Shown: positions 20,038 through 30,384 of the stretch, in pieces
Layout of the letters: each line of letters starts with the position of its first letter
Position numbering within the stretch: the stretch's first letter is position 1
DNA from: Flavobacteriales bacterium
GTDB lineage: Bacteria > Bacteroidota > Bacteroidia > Flavobacteriales > UBA7312
DNA length: 64,000 bases
Reading direction: 5' to 3'
Assembly: GCA_049890095.1 (NCBI GenBank)
Contig: JBMHCD010000010.1
Coordinates: 48,881-112,880 of the forward strand
Program-made: the position numbers and the translations under genes
The notes under the pieces: model-generated
Told to the model about the DNA's origin: nothing
What the model saw: only the letters and a program-made list of their open reading frames with translations
The model's database searches: none

Positions 20038-21123
20038 ATGAAAATTCCTTTTATAGATTTGCAATCTCAATATCAATCGTATAAGTCTGAAATTGACTTA
20101 GCAATTCAAGAAGTATTGGATTCTTCTCAATATATTATGGGTCCTAAAGTTGCCGAGTTTGAAAAAAACCTTAGTCAGTTTACAGGTGCAAAACATGCTA
20201 TTGGTTGTTCAAGTGGTACAGACGCTTTATTGGTAGCTTTAATGGCAATAAATATAAAGCCAGGTGATGAAATTATTACTTCGCCTTTTACTTTTATTGC
20301 CTCGAGCGAAGTAGTAAGTTTTTTGGGTGCTACTCCAGTGTTTGTCGATATTGAAGAAGATACTTACAATATTGATGCTTCATTGATAGAATCTAAAATA
20401 ACAACGAAAACAAAGGTAATAATGCCAGTTTCTTTGTATGGTCAGACTGCTGATATGGATAAGATTAATGAAATTGCTAAAAAACATAATCTTGTTGTTA
20501 TTGAAGATGCAGCACAAAGTTTTGGTGCTACTTATAAAGGAAAAAGAAGTTGTAATTTAAGTGATTTTGGTTGTACTAGTTTTTTCCCTTCAAAGCCATT
20601 AGGTTGTTATGGTGATGGGGGTGCACTATTTACTAATGATGATGAGCTTGCAGAGAAGGCTCGTATTATATTAGCTCATGGTTCAAAAGAACGTTATAAT
20701 CATACCGTTGTCGGAATTAATGGTAGATTAGATGCAATACAAGCAGCAATTTTAAATGTTAAATTATCACATTTTGACAAAGAAATTGAAAAAAGAGCTG
20801 AAATTGCTCAAAAATATATTGATTTACTTTCGGATAAACAGATCAGAAAGCCTGTTGTAAAAACTAACAGAACTAGTGTTTACGCCCAGTTTACTTTACA
20901 AAGTTCTAATAGAGAAGAGATTATAGAAAAGTTAAAAAAGAACGATATACCTACAGCTATTCATTACCCTAGATCATTGCATTTACAAAAATGTTTCGAA
21001 TATCTAAATTATTCTAAAGGTGATTTTCCTGTTTCCGAAAAAGCTTCTAAAGAAGTTTTCTCTCTTCCAATGAGTCCTTTTTTAAATGATGATCAAATTG
21101 AATATATTACTAGTTTGATTTAA
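20038..21123 (+). CDS. wbpE: DegT-family aminotransferase WbpE
   Basis: IPFIDL, EDAAQSFGA, TSFFPSKPLGCYGDGGA. Confidence 0.9.
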   Translation: MKIPFIDLQSQYQSYKSEIDLAIQEVLDSSQYIMGPKVAEFEKNLSQFTGAKHAIGCSSGTDALLVALMAINIKPGDEIITSPFTFIASSEVVSFLGATPVFVDIEEDTYNIDASLIESKITTKTKVIMPVSLYGQTADMDKINEIAKKHNLVVIEDAAQSFGATYKGKRSCNLSDFGCTSFFPSKPLGCYGDGGALFTNDDELAEKARIILAHGSKERYNHTVVGINGRLDAIQAAILNVKLSHFDKEIEKRAEIAQKYIDLLSDKQIRKPVVKTNRTSVYAQFTLQSSNREEIIEKLKKNDIPTAIHYPRSLHLQKCFEYLNYSKGDFPVSEKASKEVFSLPMSPFLNDDQIEYITSLI

Positions 21124-21135
21124 TTTTCGCATGTG

Positions 21136-22395
21136 ATGAGCAACATTATGGGAAAAAGCGATCAGGGTAAATCTTTATTTAGAAAAAACTTTTTTACCCT
21201 TTTTAAAGGTTCGTTTATTTCTCAGCTTATTCCTCTTGCTATCTCACCTTTTTTAACTCGATTGTATACCCCAGAAGATTTTGGAGTATTATCTTTATTT
21301 GTAGCAATAACTTCTATTTTGGGTTCTGTTATAAATGGTCGATACGAACAGGCAATAATGTTAGTAAATGATAAGCGAAAAATCAATTTAATAACATTAC
21401 TTTCTTTACTGATAGCCTTATTTATAAGTGTTTTTTTGTTGCTTATTTTATTAATTTTTAATGAGACTATTATTCAACTTTTAGATTTTCCTAGCTTTTC
21501 AATTTGGTTGTATTATATTCCGTTAGTATCTTTTTTAATTTCTGTGTTCAATACATTTAATTTTTATCATTTAAAACAAAAAGAATTAAAGTCAATTTCT
21601 AGTTCGGAAATACAAAAAGCAACCATTTTTTCTGTTGTTCAATTAATTTGCCCTTTTTTTAGGGAGGGTGCATTTGGTTTAATAATCGGTAAAATTATTT
21701 CAACTTTTTATACATCCATTTATTTGTTTAAAAAGTCATCATTTAATTTTATAATATTTGATAAAAAACAATTACTTCAAATTTCTAAGCGATTTATAAA
21801 TTTTCCTAAATACACTACGCCAGCAATATTGTTAAATAACTTATCTGTCAGCGGAATACAATTATTAATACCTTTTTTTTATTCGGCTACAACCTTAGGT
21901 TTTTATTCTATAATGAATAAAGTTATGTCTGCTCCTTTTGGATTTATAGGTAATTCAATTAGTCAAGCTTTCTTAAAAGAGATTTCGGATAGCAAAAAAA
22001 ATGTTTATGATGTTACTAAATCTATACTGTTAAAATTAGTTCTAATATCTTTTATAGGATATGGTTTAAGTTTTTTACTGTTGGAAGATTTTTTTCAATT
22101 TGTGTATGGAGAAAATTGGAGAGTTGCAGGAACTTTTGCAAAGTATCTTACCCCATTTTTTATTTTTAAATTTATAGCATCTCCGCTTACTTCTATTCAT
22201 ACTGCTTTCGAAAAACAACGACTCTCCTTTCTATTACAAATTTTAATGTTTTTAGTGAGTGTAGGTTCTTTGTCTTATTCGTACATTTCTGAACTAAATT
22301 TTGAGCAATTTTTATTTTTATTTAGTGTTTTAATGTCTCTATATTATATTTTAAGAATTTTGATTGTCATTAATATTTCAAAAAAAAGTAAATAA
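21136..22395 (+). CDS. wzx: Wzx-type oligosaccharide flippase 1
   Basis: SQLIPLAISPFLTRLYTPEDFG, GRYEQAI, many TM helices. Confidence 0.85.
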   Translation: MSNIMGKSDQGKSLFRKNFFTLFKGSFISQLIPLAISPFLTRLYTPEDFGVLSLFVAITSILGSVINGRYEQAIMLVNDKRKINLITLLSLLIALFISVFLLLILLIFNETIIQLLDFPSFSIWLYYIPLVSFLISVFNTFNFYHLKQKELKSISSSEIQKATIFSVVQLICPFFREGAFGLIIGKIISTFYTSIYLFKKSSFNFIIFDKKQLLQISKRFINFPKYTTPAILLNNLSVSGIQLLIPFFYSATTLGFYSIMNKVMSAPFGFIGNSISQAFLKEISDSKKNVYDVTKSILLKLVLISFIGYGLSFLLLEDFFQFVYGENWRVAGTFAKYLTPFFIFKFIASPLTSIHTAFEKQRLSFLLQILMFLVSVGSLSYSYISELNFEQFLFLFSVLMSLYYILRILIVINISKKSK

Positions 22396-23718
22396 TTGGG
22401 AAAAACAGTATTTTATAATTCATTTATCACTCTACTAAGACAAGCATTTAGTTTATTGTTTGGTTTATTAGCAGTAGTATTGATTGCAAGAGTATTAGGT
22501 TCTGATTCACAAGGGCAATATACATTGACAATATTATTGCCAACCATATTATATACACTTTTTAATTCTGGGATTTCCATTTCAACAGTATATTTTATTG
22601 GTCAGAATAAATATTCTGACAAGATAATTTATTCAACAAATATTATTTCTGGTTTAATTTTAAGTTTAATATCTTTTTTTGTAGGGGTTGTTTTAATTTT
22701 ATTTTTTAAAGATTATTTTTTTGAAAATACAACAACTGTTTTATTATTGTATTCTTTGGTTTTAATCCCAATATTATTTTTGCAAAGAACAATACAATCT
22801 TTTTTTCATGCCAAAGAAAATTATGAGCAATTAAATGTTGTTGCTTTGCTTAATCAATTAGGCTTATTATTATTTTCTATACTTTTTGTTTGGTATTTAG
22901 ATTTAGGAGTTGCAGGAGCAGTGTTAAGTTTTTCACTTTCTCAGTTTTTGATGTTAGTAGTATCGTGTCTGATAATGCATTTTAGATATGATTTATTTTT
23001 GCCAAAGTTATTTTCTATTAATTACCTTAAAGAGAGTCTATTTTTTGGATTAAAAGGGCACTTTAGTAATGTTTTAACTTTCATCAGTTATCGAATAGAT
23101 ATTTTGTTAATTGCTTATTTTATTGATGATATGGCGGTAGGAATATATTCTATTTCTGTTTTACTTGTTGAAAGAATATGGTTAATTTCACAATCGGTAT
23201 CTTCTGTTTTATTTGCTAGAGTTTCGAATTTAACGACCGAAATACAAAAAACAAATTTTACCATTTTATCATCTAGAAATACACTTTTTCTAACTACCAT
23301 TTTTGGGTTGATTATTTCACTTATCAGCCCGTGGTTAATTATTACTTTATTTGGTATAGAGTACCAGCCAAGTATAAAGCCTTTTTTATACATGCTTCCT
23401 GGAGTAGTACTTTTTTCTTTAAGTAAGATTTTATCAAATGATTTTGTTGGTCGCGGAAAGCCTCAGATTAATTCCTATATTGGATTGATTGTGGCATTAT
23501 TAAATGTACTTTTAAATATTGTGTTGATTCCTAAATATGGAGTAATAGGAGCTGCAATATCAACAAGTTTTTGTTATGGAATTGATGCATTAATTAAAGT
23601 AATTTATTTTTCATCATTATATAAGATTTCTTTGCTTAAGTTTGTTTTGGTAAATAAAGCAGATATTAATTTGTACAAAACAAATTTTATTTTTCTTTTA
23701 AACGCTTTTAAAAAATGA
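22396..23718 (+). CDS. wzx: Wzx-type flippase 2 (different subfamily)
   Basis: IARVLG, YRIDILL, VGIYS, LIPKYGVIGAAIS; TTG start abutting the previous stop. Confidence 0.85.
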   Translation: MGKTVFYNSFITLLRQAFSLLFGLLAVVLIARVLGSDSQGQYTLTILLPTILYTLFNSGISISTVYFIGQNKYSDKIIYSTNIISGLILSLISFFVGVVLILFFKDYFFENTTTVLLLYSLVLIPILFLQRTIQSFFHAKENYEQLNVVALLNQLGLLLFSILFVWYLDLGVAGAVLSFSLSQFLMLVVSCLIMHFRYDLFLPKLFSINYLKESLFFGLKGHFSNVLTFISYRIDILLIAYFIDDMAVGIYSISVLLVERIWLISQSVSSVLFARVSNLTTEIQKTNFTILSSRNTLFLTTIFGLIISLISPWLIITLFGIEYQPSIKPFLYMLPGVVLFSLSKILSNDFVGRGKPQINSYIGLIVALLNVLLNIVLIPKYGVIGAAISTSFCYGIDALIKVIYFSSLYKISLLKFVLVNKADINLYKTNFIFLLNAFKK

Positions 23719-24860
23719 AGCATATTTTAATTTTGCCCTCGTCTTATTCTAGTGTTTTTAACACAATGTCTGCTCCTTTTTTCAGAGATCAGGCTTTGGC
23801 TCTTCAAAATCATGGTGCTAAAGTTGGTGTGTTATGTCCTTTGCCAATTTCGTTAAAACGAGTTTTTGTAAACTTCTTTTTTAAATTTGGTTGTGATGAA
23901 TACAATGATCAAGGAATTCAAACCTGTGTTTATACTTTCCCATCAGTACCAAAATCTTTTCGATTTAATAGTTATGTAAGGTATGTCTTAGGAAAGCGTT
24001 TGTTAAAAAAATATATTTTAGAGTTTGGAAAGCCTGATATTATTCATGTTCATAATTTCTTTTCTGGAAAAATTGCCATTTGGGCAAAAAAAAAATATAA
24101 TATTCCATATGTGATAACAGAACATTCAAGTGCTTTTTTGACTAATAGTTTAAATAAAAGCCAATTAAGTTTAGCTACTGAAGTTTTTTCAAAAAGTAAC
24201 TATAATATTTCTGTGAGTAATGGTTTTTCCGATTTTTTGAGTCAAGCGTTTAAATTAAATTTTCAAACTATTCCTAATTTGGTAGATGTTAACTTTTTTG
24301 AATTATCTAATTCAATTTCAAAAAAGAAAAAATTTAATTTTCTGAATATTGGTCACCTTAATGATAATAAAAATCAATTGTTTTTAATAAAACAATTTTT
24401 GAAAAAGTTTGGCGGTCATTCTCAAATGATTTTAACTGTGGCTGGTTCTGGACCAAACAAGGATAAAATTATCGATTATTTAAAAATATTCGACAAATAT
24501 AACCAGGTAAGGTTGTTTAGTGCTCCTGACAGAAAAGGAGTTTTGGAGTTGTTTCAAAATGCAGATTGTTTAGTTGTTTCGAGTAAAATTGAAACTTTTA
24601 GCGTAGTAATAATAGAGGCACTATCTTGTGGTATTCCTGTTATTTCTATAAAGTCTGTTGGTCCTAGTTCTATTTTAACTGACAGAGTAGGAATTTTATG
24701 CGATAATAATGATTTAGGAGAATCTTTGCTCAAAATTTTTGAAAATAGATTTTCATATAAAAAAGATGTCTTAAGAAATTTTGTTGTAGAAAACTATTCG
24801 GACAAAATAGTTTCAAAATCACTTCTTAATGTTTATGATAAAGTTTGTGATTCAAAATAA
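23715..24860 (+). CDS. Glycosyltransferase family 4
   Basis: KPDIIHVH, PYVITEHSS, ETFSVVIIEALSCGIPV. Confidence 0.9.
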   Translation: MKHILILPSSYSSVFNTMSAPFFRDQALALQNHGAKVGVLCPLPISLKRVFVNFFFKFGCDEYNDQGIQTCVYTFPSVPKSFRFNSYVRYVLGKRLLKKYILEFGKPDIIHVHNFFSGKIAIWAKKKYNIPYVITEHSSAFLTNSLNKSQLSLATEVFSKSNYNISVSNGFSDFLSQAFKLNFQTIPNLVDVNFFELSNSISKKKKFNFLNIGHLNDNKNQLFLIKQFLKKFGGHSQMILTVAGSGPNKDKIIDYLKIFDKYNQVRLFSAPDRKGVLELFQNADCLVVSSKIETFSVVIIEALSCGIPVISIKSVGPSSILTDRVGILCDNNDLGESLLKIFENRFSYKKDVLRNFVVENYSDKIVSKSLLNVYDKVCDSK

Positions 24861-24871
24861 ATAAGATATTT

Positions 24872-26131
24872 ATGATAAGCAGTAAAAACAACAATGTTCT
24901 TTCGAGTGTTTTAATGCTAATGTCTGGAACTGCACTTTCTCAAGCAATTCCAATACTTATAAGTCCTATTTTAACAAGATTATTTAGTTCCTCTCAGTTT
25001 GGAGAATTGGCATTATTCATGAGTATTGTTAATGTTTGTGCTGCTGTATCAAATGGAAAATATTCATCTTCAATTTTACTACCCAAGAAGAAACAGGAAA
25101 TTAACGACTTAATTTTTTTAAATATTCTGATAGCATTTTTGTTTAGCGGCATTTTATTTTTATTGCTTTATACTAATAGTCAGTTCGATTTAATTAGTGT
25201 TTCTCTAAAAAACTCTTTTTTGTTAGTTATTCCTGTGGTTGTATTTATTGTTAGTCTGCAACAAATTTTTATGAATTTGGCAAACAAATTTGAAAAATAT
25301 AAGCCTCTAGCTTTAACTAAAGCTACTCAATCAATCACAAGTTCTTCTTCCAACATTAGTATGGGCTATTTGAATTATGGATCATTTGGTTTGATCTTTA
25401 GTAGTGCGTTAGGATACTTAGTTTCTACTGTTTTTCTTATTAACAAGATTGATTTTACATTAAATTGGAAAAAGGTTGAAAAAAGTAGTTTAATATTTCT
25501 AGCAAAGAGGTATAAGAACTTTCCATTATTTACGATGCCTCAATCTTTGATGTACCAACTTGTTGTACAAGTTCCTGTGTTTTTTATTCAAGATGTTTAT
25601 TCTATTTCAATACTAGGTCTGTATTCTTTATCATATAGAGTACTAACTTTACCTTCAATAATTATCTCTACTTCTATAGGTCAAGTTTATTACAAACAAG
25701 CTGCTGATGCCTTCATAAATAATCAAAAAGAAAAATTATACAGTTTAACCAGAAGTCTGATCCTAAAGATTTTTGTCATCTCTACTTTAGTAGCCATATC
25801 TGTATATAGTTTTCTTCCCAATTTATTTGCCTTATTTTTTGGGGAACAATGGAGGGATTCAGGAGTAATTGCACAATATCTATTAATTTATTTAGTGCCA
25901 GCATTTTCAATATCTCCATTCACCCAATTATATCTAGCTTCCAATAATAATCGTTTTTTGTTTTTAATGGAGGCTTTACGATTTGCCTTATTATTAGTTT
26001 TAGTATTTGTTGGAAATTATATCAATATTTCATTAAATAATTTCTTTTTATACTTTGCGTTAATTCATACTTTTTGCTACATGATTATCGTTGCTCCTAT
26101 GTTGATTAAAAAATCGTTTATTTGGAGATAA
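24872..26131 (+). CDS. wzx: Wzx-type flippase 3 (same subfamily as flippase 1)
   Basis: GTALSQAIPILISPILTRLF, RYKNFP, FGEQWRDSG. Confidence 0.85.
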   Translation: MISSKNNNVLSSVLMLMSGTALSQAIPILISPILTRLFSSSQFGELALFMSIVNVCAAVSNGKYSSSILLPKKKQEINDLIFLNILIAFLFSGILFLLLYTNSQFDLISVSLKNSFLLVIPVVVFIVSLQQIFMNLANKFEKYKPLALTKATQSITSSSSNISMGYLNYGSFGLIFSSALGYLVSTVFLINKIDFTLNWKKVEKSSLIFLAKRYKNFPLFTMPQSLMYQLVVQVPVFFIQDVYSISILGLYSLSYRVLTLPSIIISTSIGQVYYKQAADAFINNQKEKLYSLTRSLILKIFVISTLVAISVYSFLPNLFALFFGEQWRDSGVIAQYLLIYLVPAFSISPFTQLYLASNNNRFLFLMEALRFALLLVLVFVGNYINISLNNFFLYFALIHTFCYMIIVAPMLIKKSFIWR

Positions 26132-26157
26132 TTATTGTAGAGTCAATTTCGGATTAA

Positions 26158-27366
26158 ATGAAAAACATAGTTTTATCTATTCTTTTATGTACCATTTTTA
26201 TTTCTACTGTATTTGGAATAGGTCCAAATTTGTATCCGCTTAGAATTTTTGTGCCAATAGCTTTAGTATATTTTTCAATTTATCTTTTTCAAAAAGTCAT
26301 TTTGTATAGAGAAAAAATAGAAGTAAAGCCTTTTATTTTTTTGTCATTAGTATTTTTTATATATACTTTTTTTCATACCTCAATAGTTACCTATTTACGA
26401 ATGGAATTGTTAGGTAATAACTACGAAATAAATTCCATTATTAACTTTACATTTTTACTTTTTTACATTTTACTATTACACATGGTAAGTATTGCTTTGC
26501 CAAATACTTTTTTGAGCAAAGCTAAATCTGTAATTACAATTTTTTATTTTTTGTATGCAGTATATGCCTTTTATGAAATATTTACGGGAAATCATTTAGC
26601 CGTATCAAATTTATATGATGCACCTAATTGGCTGCGTTTTTCTCCAACAGTAGTTTATAACAATTCAAATGACTTTGCTGCCATTTTTACTCTGATGTTT
26701 ATTTTTTTGATTTCAGAATATGACAAGAAAAAACGATGGTCTTTTTTGTGGATTGTGTTTTTCTTTTTGCTTCATATTTTTATTATTTATAAATCACAAA
26801 GTCGTTTGTCTTTATTGATGACCTTTTTATTTTTTGGATATAGATATCCTAAAAAATTTATTTACTCAGGTGTTATAGGATTGCTAATAATTATTTTAAT
26901 GGGCTTATTAACAAATAATATGTGGTATGCTCAACTCATTGATGATTTATCAAAATTAAAAACGGATTTATCTTTTAGTGAGCGACAGTCAACTTTTGTA
27001 AGGATGTATTTATACAAGCACGCTTTGCTTTCAGTCCCCTCATCTTTTGGTTTAGGTTATGGAATCGATTATTCTGCAGAATATTATCGTACTATAAATG
27101 ACGCGAATCTTTATTATATAACTAATCCTCACTCCTTTATTTTTGAATTATTAATTAATAGCGGATTAGTATCTTGTTTGTTTTATATTATTTTGAATGG
27201 GTATTTATTACTTAAGAATTGGATTAATAAAAACTATGATTTAATAATTCAGATAGTCATTTTTAACTTGATTTTATTTTCCTCAAGTTCATCATTATTT
27301 ATATGGCCTATTTATCTATTTTTTATTATTTACATTTGCAAGAGTTTACAAGAGGAAAGATTATAA
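26158..27366 (+). CDS. wzy: Wzy polymerase / O-antigen ligase-like membrane protein
   Basis: Multi-TM protein with NSNDFA, SQSRL, GLGYG, NPHSFIFELL. Confidence 0.7.
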   Translation: MKNIVLSILLCTIFISTVFGIGPNLYPLRIFVPIALVYFSIYLFQKVILYREKIEVKPFIFLSLVFFIYTFFHTSIVTYLRMELLGNNYEINSIINFTFLLFYILLLHMVSIALPNTFLSKAKSVITIFYFLYAVYAFYEIFTGNHLAVSNLYDAPNWLRFSPTVVYNNSNDFAAIFTLMFIFLISEYDKKKRWSFLWIVFFFLLHIFIIYKSQSRLSLLMTFLFFGYRYPKKFIYSGVIGLLIIILMGLLTNNMWYAQLIDDLSKLKTDLSFSERQSTFVRMYLYKHALLSVPSSFGLGYGIDYSAEYYRTINDANLYYITNPHSFIFELLINSGLVSCLFYIILNGYLLLKNWINKNYDLIIQIVIFNLILFSSSSSLFIWPIYLFFIIYICKSLQEERL

Positions 27367-27377
27367 ATTTATAACAT

Positions 27378-28229
27378 ATGGATATTTTTAATTTATTAAG
27401 TTCTTTATTAAATTTTTTTAAAAGACAATGGAAGTTTATTTTTTCTTTTTTTTCATTTGGTATTTTACTTGGTGTGATTTATGATCAGATTAAAACACCA
27501 TATTATGAATCTAGTGCTACTGCTACATCTGGGCTTTCATATTTCGAGGGTATTATTGATCCAAGTGAATTAGATTATCCTATAATAGATCAAAAAATTG
27601 CTATTGATATGGTTAATTCACTAGCAAAAATTGTGAAAAATGGTGAGTACGAAATACTTTCCAAAAAGTTATCTATTCCTATTGAAAGTGCAACAACTAT
27701 AAAATTTATTGAAGCGGAGCAATCTTATGAGTTGGATTTAGAAAATAGAAGGCAAAAGTTATCTCAGTTCACTATTTTGATACGCGTTACTGACAATCAA
27801 ACAATTAAATTGTTAAATGAAGCGTTTCTTAGTTATTTTAATAAAAATGGATATTCAAATAAAAACTTTGCATTATTTCAAAAGCAATCACCAGAACTTA
27901 TTAGTTATCTCGATAATGAAATTAATGATTTGAAATCCTATAGAAATGATATGAAAAACAAATCAGAAGTTGAATTGAGTTCTATCTCAATAGCGAATGA
28001 TAAAAGCGAAATTTTACAAAATCAAATCATTCAGCTTTATGAAAAAAAACAGTCTATTGAGCGTGATTTGGAGTTGTTAAAACCATTGTCTTTTGTTTCA
28101 AGCTTTCCAGTTTATAAAAAAACAAAGTCTAGAACAGCTTTTCGAATTTTTGTTTTATCGTCTTTATTTTTAATCTTAGGTTTTTTTATTGCTTTATTTA
28201 AAGATATAAATAACATCCTCAAAAAATAA
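27378..28229 (+). CDS. wzz: Wzz-like chain length determinant
   Basis: N- and C-terminal TM helices, PYYES motif, periplasmic coiled coil. Confidence 0.65.
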   Translation: MDIFNLLSSLLNFFKRQWKFIFSFFSFGILLGVIYDQIKTPYYESSATATSGLSYFEGIIDPSELDYPIIDQKIAIDMVNSLAKIVKNGEYEILSKKLSIPIESATTIKFIEAEQSYELDLENRRQKLSQFTILIRVTDNQTIKLLNEAFLSYFNKNGYSNKNFALFQKQSPELISYLDNEINDLKSYRNDMKNKSEVELSSISIANDKSEILQNQIIQLYEKKQSIERDLELLKPLSFVSSFPVYKKTKSRTAFRIFVLSSLFLILGFFIALFKDINNILKK

Positions 28230-29315
28230 ATGAAAATTTGCCATCTTACTTCTCTTCATCCTAGATACGATACACGTATTTTCTTGAAAGAATGTACTAG
28301 TCTACAAAAAAATGGATTTGAGGTTAGTTTAATTGTTGCAGATAACAATGGTGATGAAGTCAAAAACGGAATAAAAATATACGATGTTTGCCGTTCTTCT
28401 AATCGATTTTGGCGATTAATAAAAACCGCCTACAAAGTATATAAAAAAGCAATAATTATAGATGCTGATGTTTATCATTTTCATGACTCTGAGTTGATGA
28501 TTTATGGTTTACTTTTAAAAGCAAAGGGCAAAAAAGTGATTTATGATATTCATGAGGATCTTCCAAGGCAGCTTCTTACAAAGCCATATTTGAATAGTTT
28601 TCTTAGAAAGATATTATCTTTTATTATGGAAAGAGTAGAAAATTTTTGCGCTCCTAAATATAATTTTTTATTTACCGCAACACCTTACATTACTGATCGT
28701 TTTATACATAAAAATAAAAACACGATAAATATTAATAATTATCCATTAATGGACGAATTACACAATGATTTGGTGTCAAATAAAAAAGATCAAGTCTGTT
28801 TTATTGGTGGTATTTCAGAAATTAGAGGTATAGAACCACTAGTAAAGGCTTGCGAACATATAAAAGGAAAATTAGTGTTAGCAGGAAGTTTCAATAGTGA
28901 AAGCTTTAAGCAGAAAATAATATCTTTAAAAGGATGGAAAAATGTGGATTACAGAGGATTTGTAAATCGGGAAGAAGCTAAGCAAATAATGTCTGAATCT
29001 AGAGCTGGAATAGTAACATTTTTGGCCGTTCCCAATCATGTAAATTCTCAGCCAAATAAGATGTTTGAATATATGTCTGCTGGTATTCCGGTTATTTGTT
29101 CTAATTTTGAATTATGGAAGTCAATTATTGATAAAACTGATTGCGGGAAATGTATAGATCCAACCTCACAAGAGCAGTTAATTAAAACAATTAATGAATT
29201 TATTGAAGATACTAGTTTATCCTCAAAAGGTGAAACGGCAAGAAAACTCGTAGTAGACCGTTATAATTGGAATGTAGAAGAAAAAAAGTTGATCAATGCT
29301 TATAAATTAATTTAA
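28230..29315 (+). CDS. Glycosyltransferase family 4 (WbpH-like)
   Basis: HLTSLHPRYDTRIF, YHFHD, PNKMFEYMSAGIPV. Confidence 0.9.
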   Translation: MKICHLTSLHPRYDTRIFLKECTSLQKNGFEVSLIVADNNGDEVKNGIKIYDVCRSSNRFWRLIKTAYKVYKKAIIIDADVYHFHDSELMIYGLLLKAKGKKVIYDIHEDLPRQLLTKPYLNSFLRKILSFIMERVENFCAPKYNFLFTATPYITDRFIHKNKNTININNYPLMDELHNDLVSNKKDQVCFIGGISEIRGIEPLVKACEHIKGKLVLAGSFNSESFKQKIISLKGWKNVDYRGFVNREEAKQIMSESRAGIVTFLAVPNHVNSQPNKMFEYMSAGIPVICSNFELWKSIIDKTDCGKCIDPTSQEQLIKTINEFIEDTSLSSKGETARKLVVDRYNWNVEEKKLINAYKLI

Positions 29316-29319
29316 GATT

Positions 29320-30384
29320 ATGATTAAAATTGTTACAATCGTTGGAGCACGTCCTCAATTTGTAAAAGCTGCTGCAGTAAGTAGAGTTTTTGATCAATAT
29401 GAGCAAATACAAGAAGTAATAATTCATACAGGTCAGCATTTTGACAAAAATATGAGTGATATATTTTTTAATGAATTGGGTATTCCAAAACCACATTATA
29501 ATTTATCGATTAATAGTCTTGGTCATGGAGCAATGACTGGACGCATGTTGGAATCCATTGAAGAAGTATTATTGAAAGAAAAACCAAATTGGGTGTTAGT
29601 ATATGGAGATACTAATTCTACAATTGCTGGAGCTTTAGCAGCAAAAAAATTACATATAAAAGTTGCTCATGTTGAGGCTGGTTTAAGAAGTTATAATACT
29701 AATATGCCAGAAGAAATAAACAGAATTCTAACGGATAGAATTAGTGATGTATTATTTTGCCCTACTGATCAGGCTGTTAAAAATTTACAAAAAGAAGGGT
29801 ATAATAATTCAGAGTCTAAAATTGTAAAGAGTGGTGATGTTATGCAAGATGCGGCTGTTTATTACACTAGCTTAAGTAAAAAGCCTAATTTTGATATTCC
29901 AAGCGAATTTATACTGTTAACTATTCATAGAGCGGAAAACACGGATGATTTGTTTCGTCTTAAAAGAATGATCAAAAGTTTAAATTCAATTCATCATAAA
30001 ATGCCAATACTTTGGATTGCTCATCCAAGAACAAAAAAAATTATTGAACGTGAGAATATAAATATTGAGTTTGCCCAAATTGATCCTATAGGATATCTTG
30101 AAATGATATATTTATTGCAACATTGTAAAATGGTAATGACAGATAGTGGGGGCTTACAAAAAGAAGCTTTCTTCTTCAAGAAAAACTGTATAACTCTTAG
30201 AGATGAAACAGAATGGATTGAGTTAATAGATGGTGGATTTAATACATTAGTAGGATCAGATCCTGAAAAAATTCTTTCAGCATTTGAACAAACGAATTTA
30301 AAAGTTAATATTTTTGATGTTGATTTGTATGGAAACGGAATGGCATCGAAAGTTATTGCTCAAAGTTTATTAGATGAAAATTAG
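29320..30384 (+). CDS. wecB: Non-hydrolysing UDP-sugar 2-epimerase (WecB/WbpI-like)
   Basis: GARPQFVK, HTGQHFD, GDTNST, HVEAGLRS, TDSGGLQKEA. Confidence 0.93.
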   Translation: MIKIVTIVGARPQFVKAAAVSRVFDQYEQIQEVIIHTGQHFDKNMSDIFFNELGIPKPHYNLSINSLGHGAMTGRMLESIEEVLLKEKPNWVLVYGDTNSTIAGALAAKKLHIKVAHVEAGLRSYNTNMPEEINRILTDRISDVLFCPTDQAVKNLQKEGYNNSESKIVKSGDVMQDAAVYYTSLSKKPNFDIPSEFILLTIHRAENTDDLFRLKRMIKSLNSIHHKMPILWIAHPRTKKIIERENINIEFAQIDPIGYLEMIYLLQHCKMVMTDSGGLQKEAFFFKKNCITLRDETEWIELIDGGFNTLVGSDPEKILSAFEQTNLKVNIFDVDLYGNGMASKVIAQSLLDEN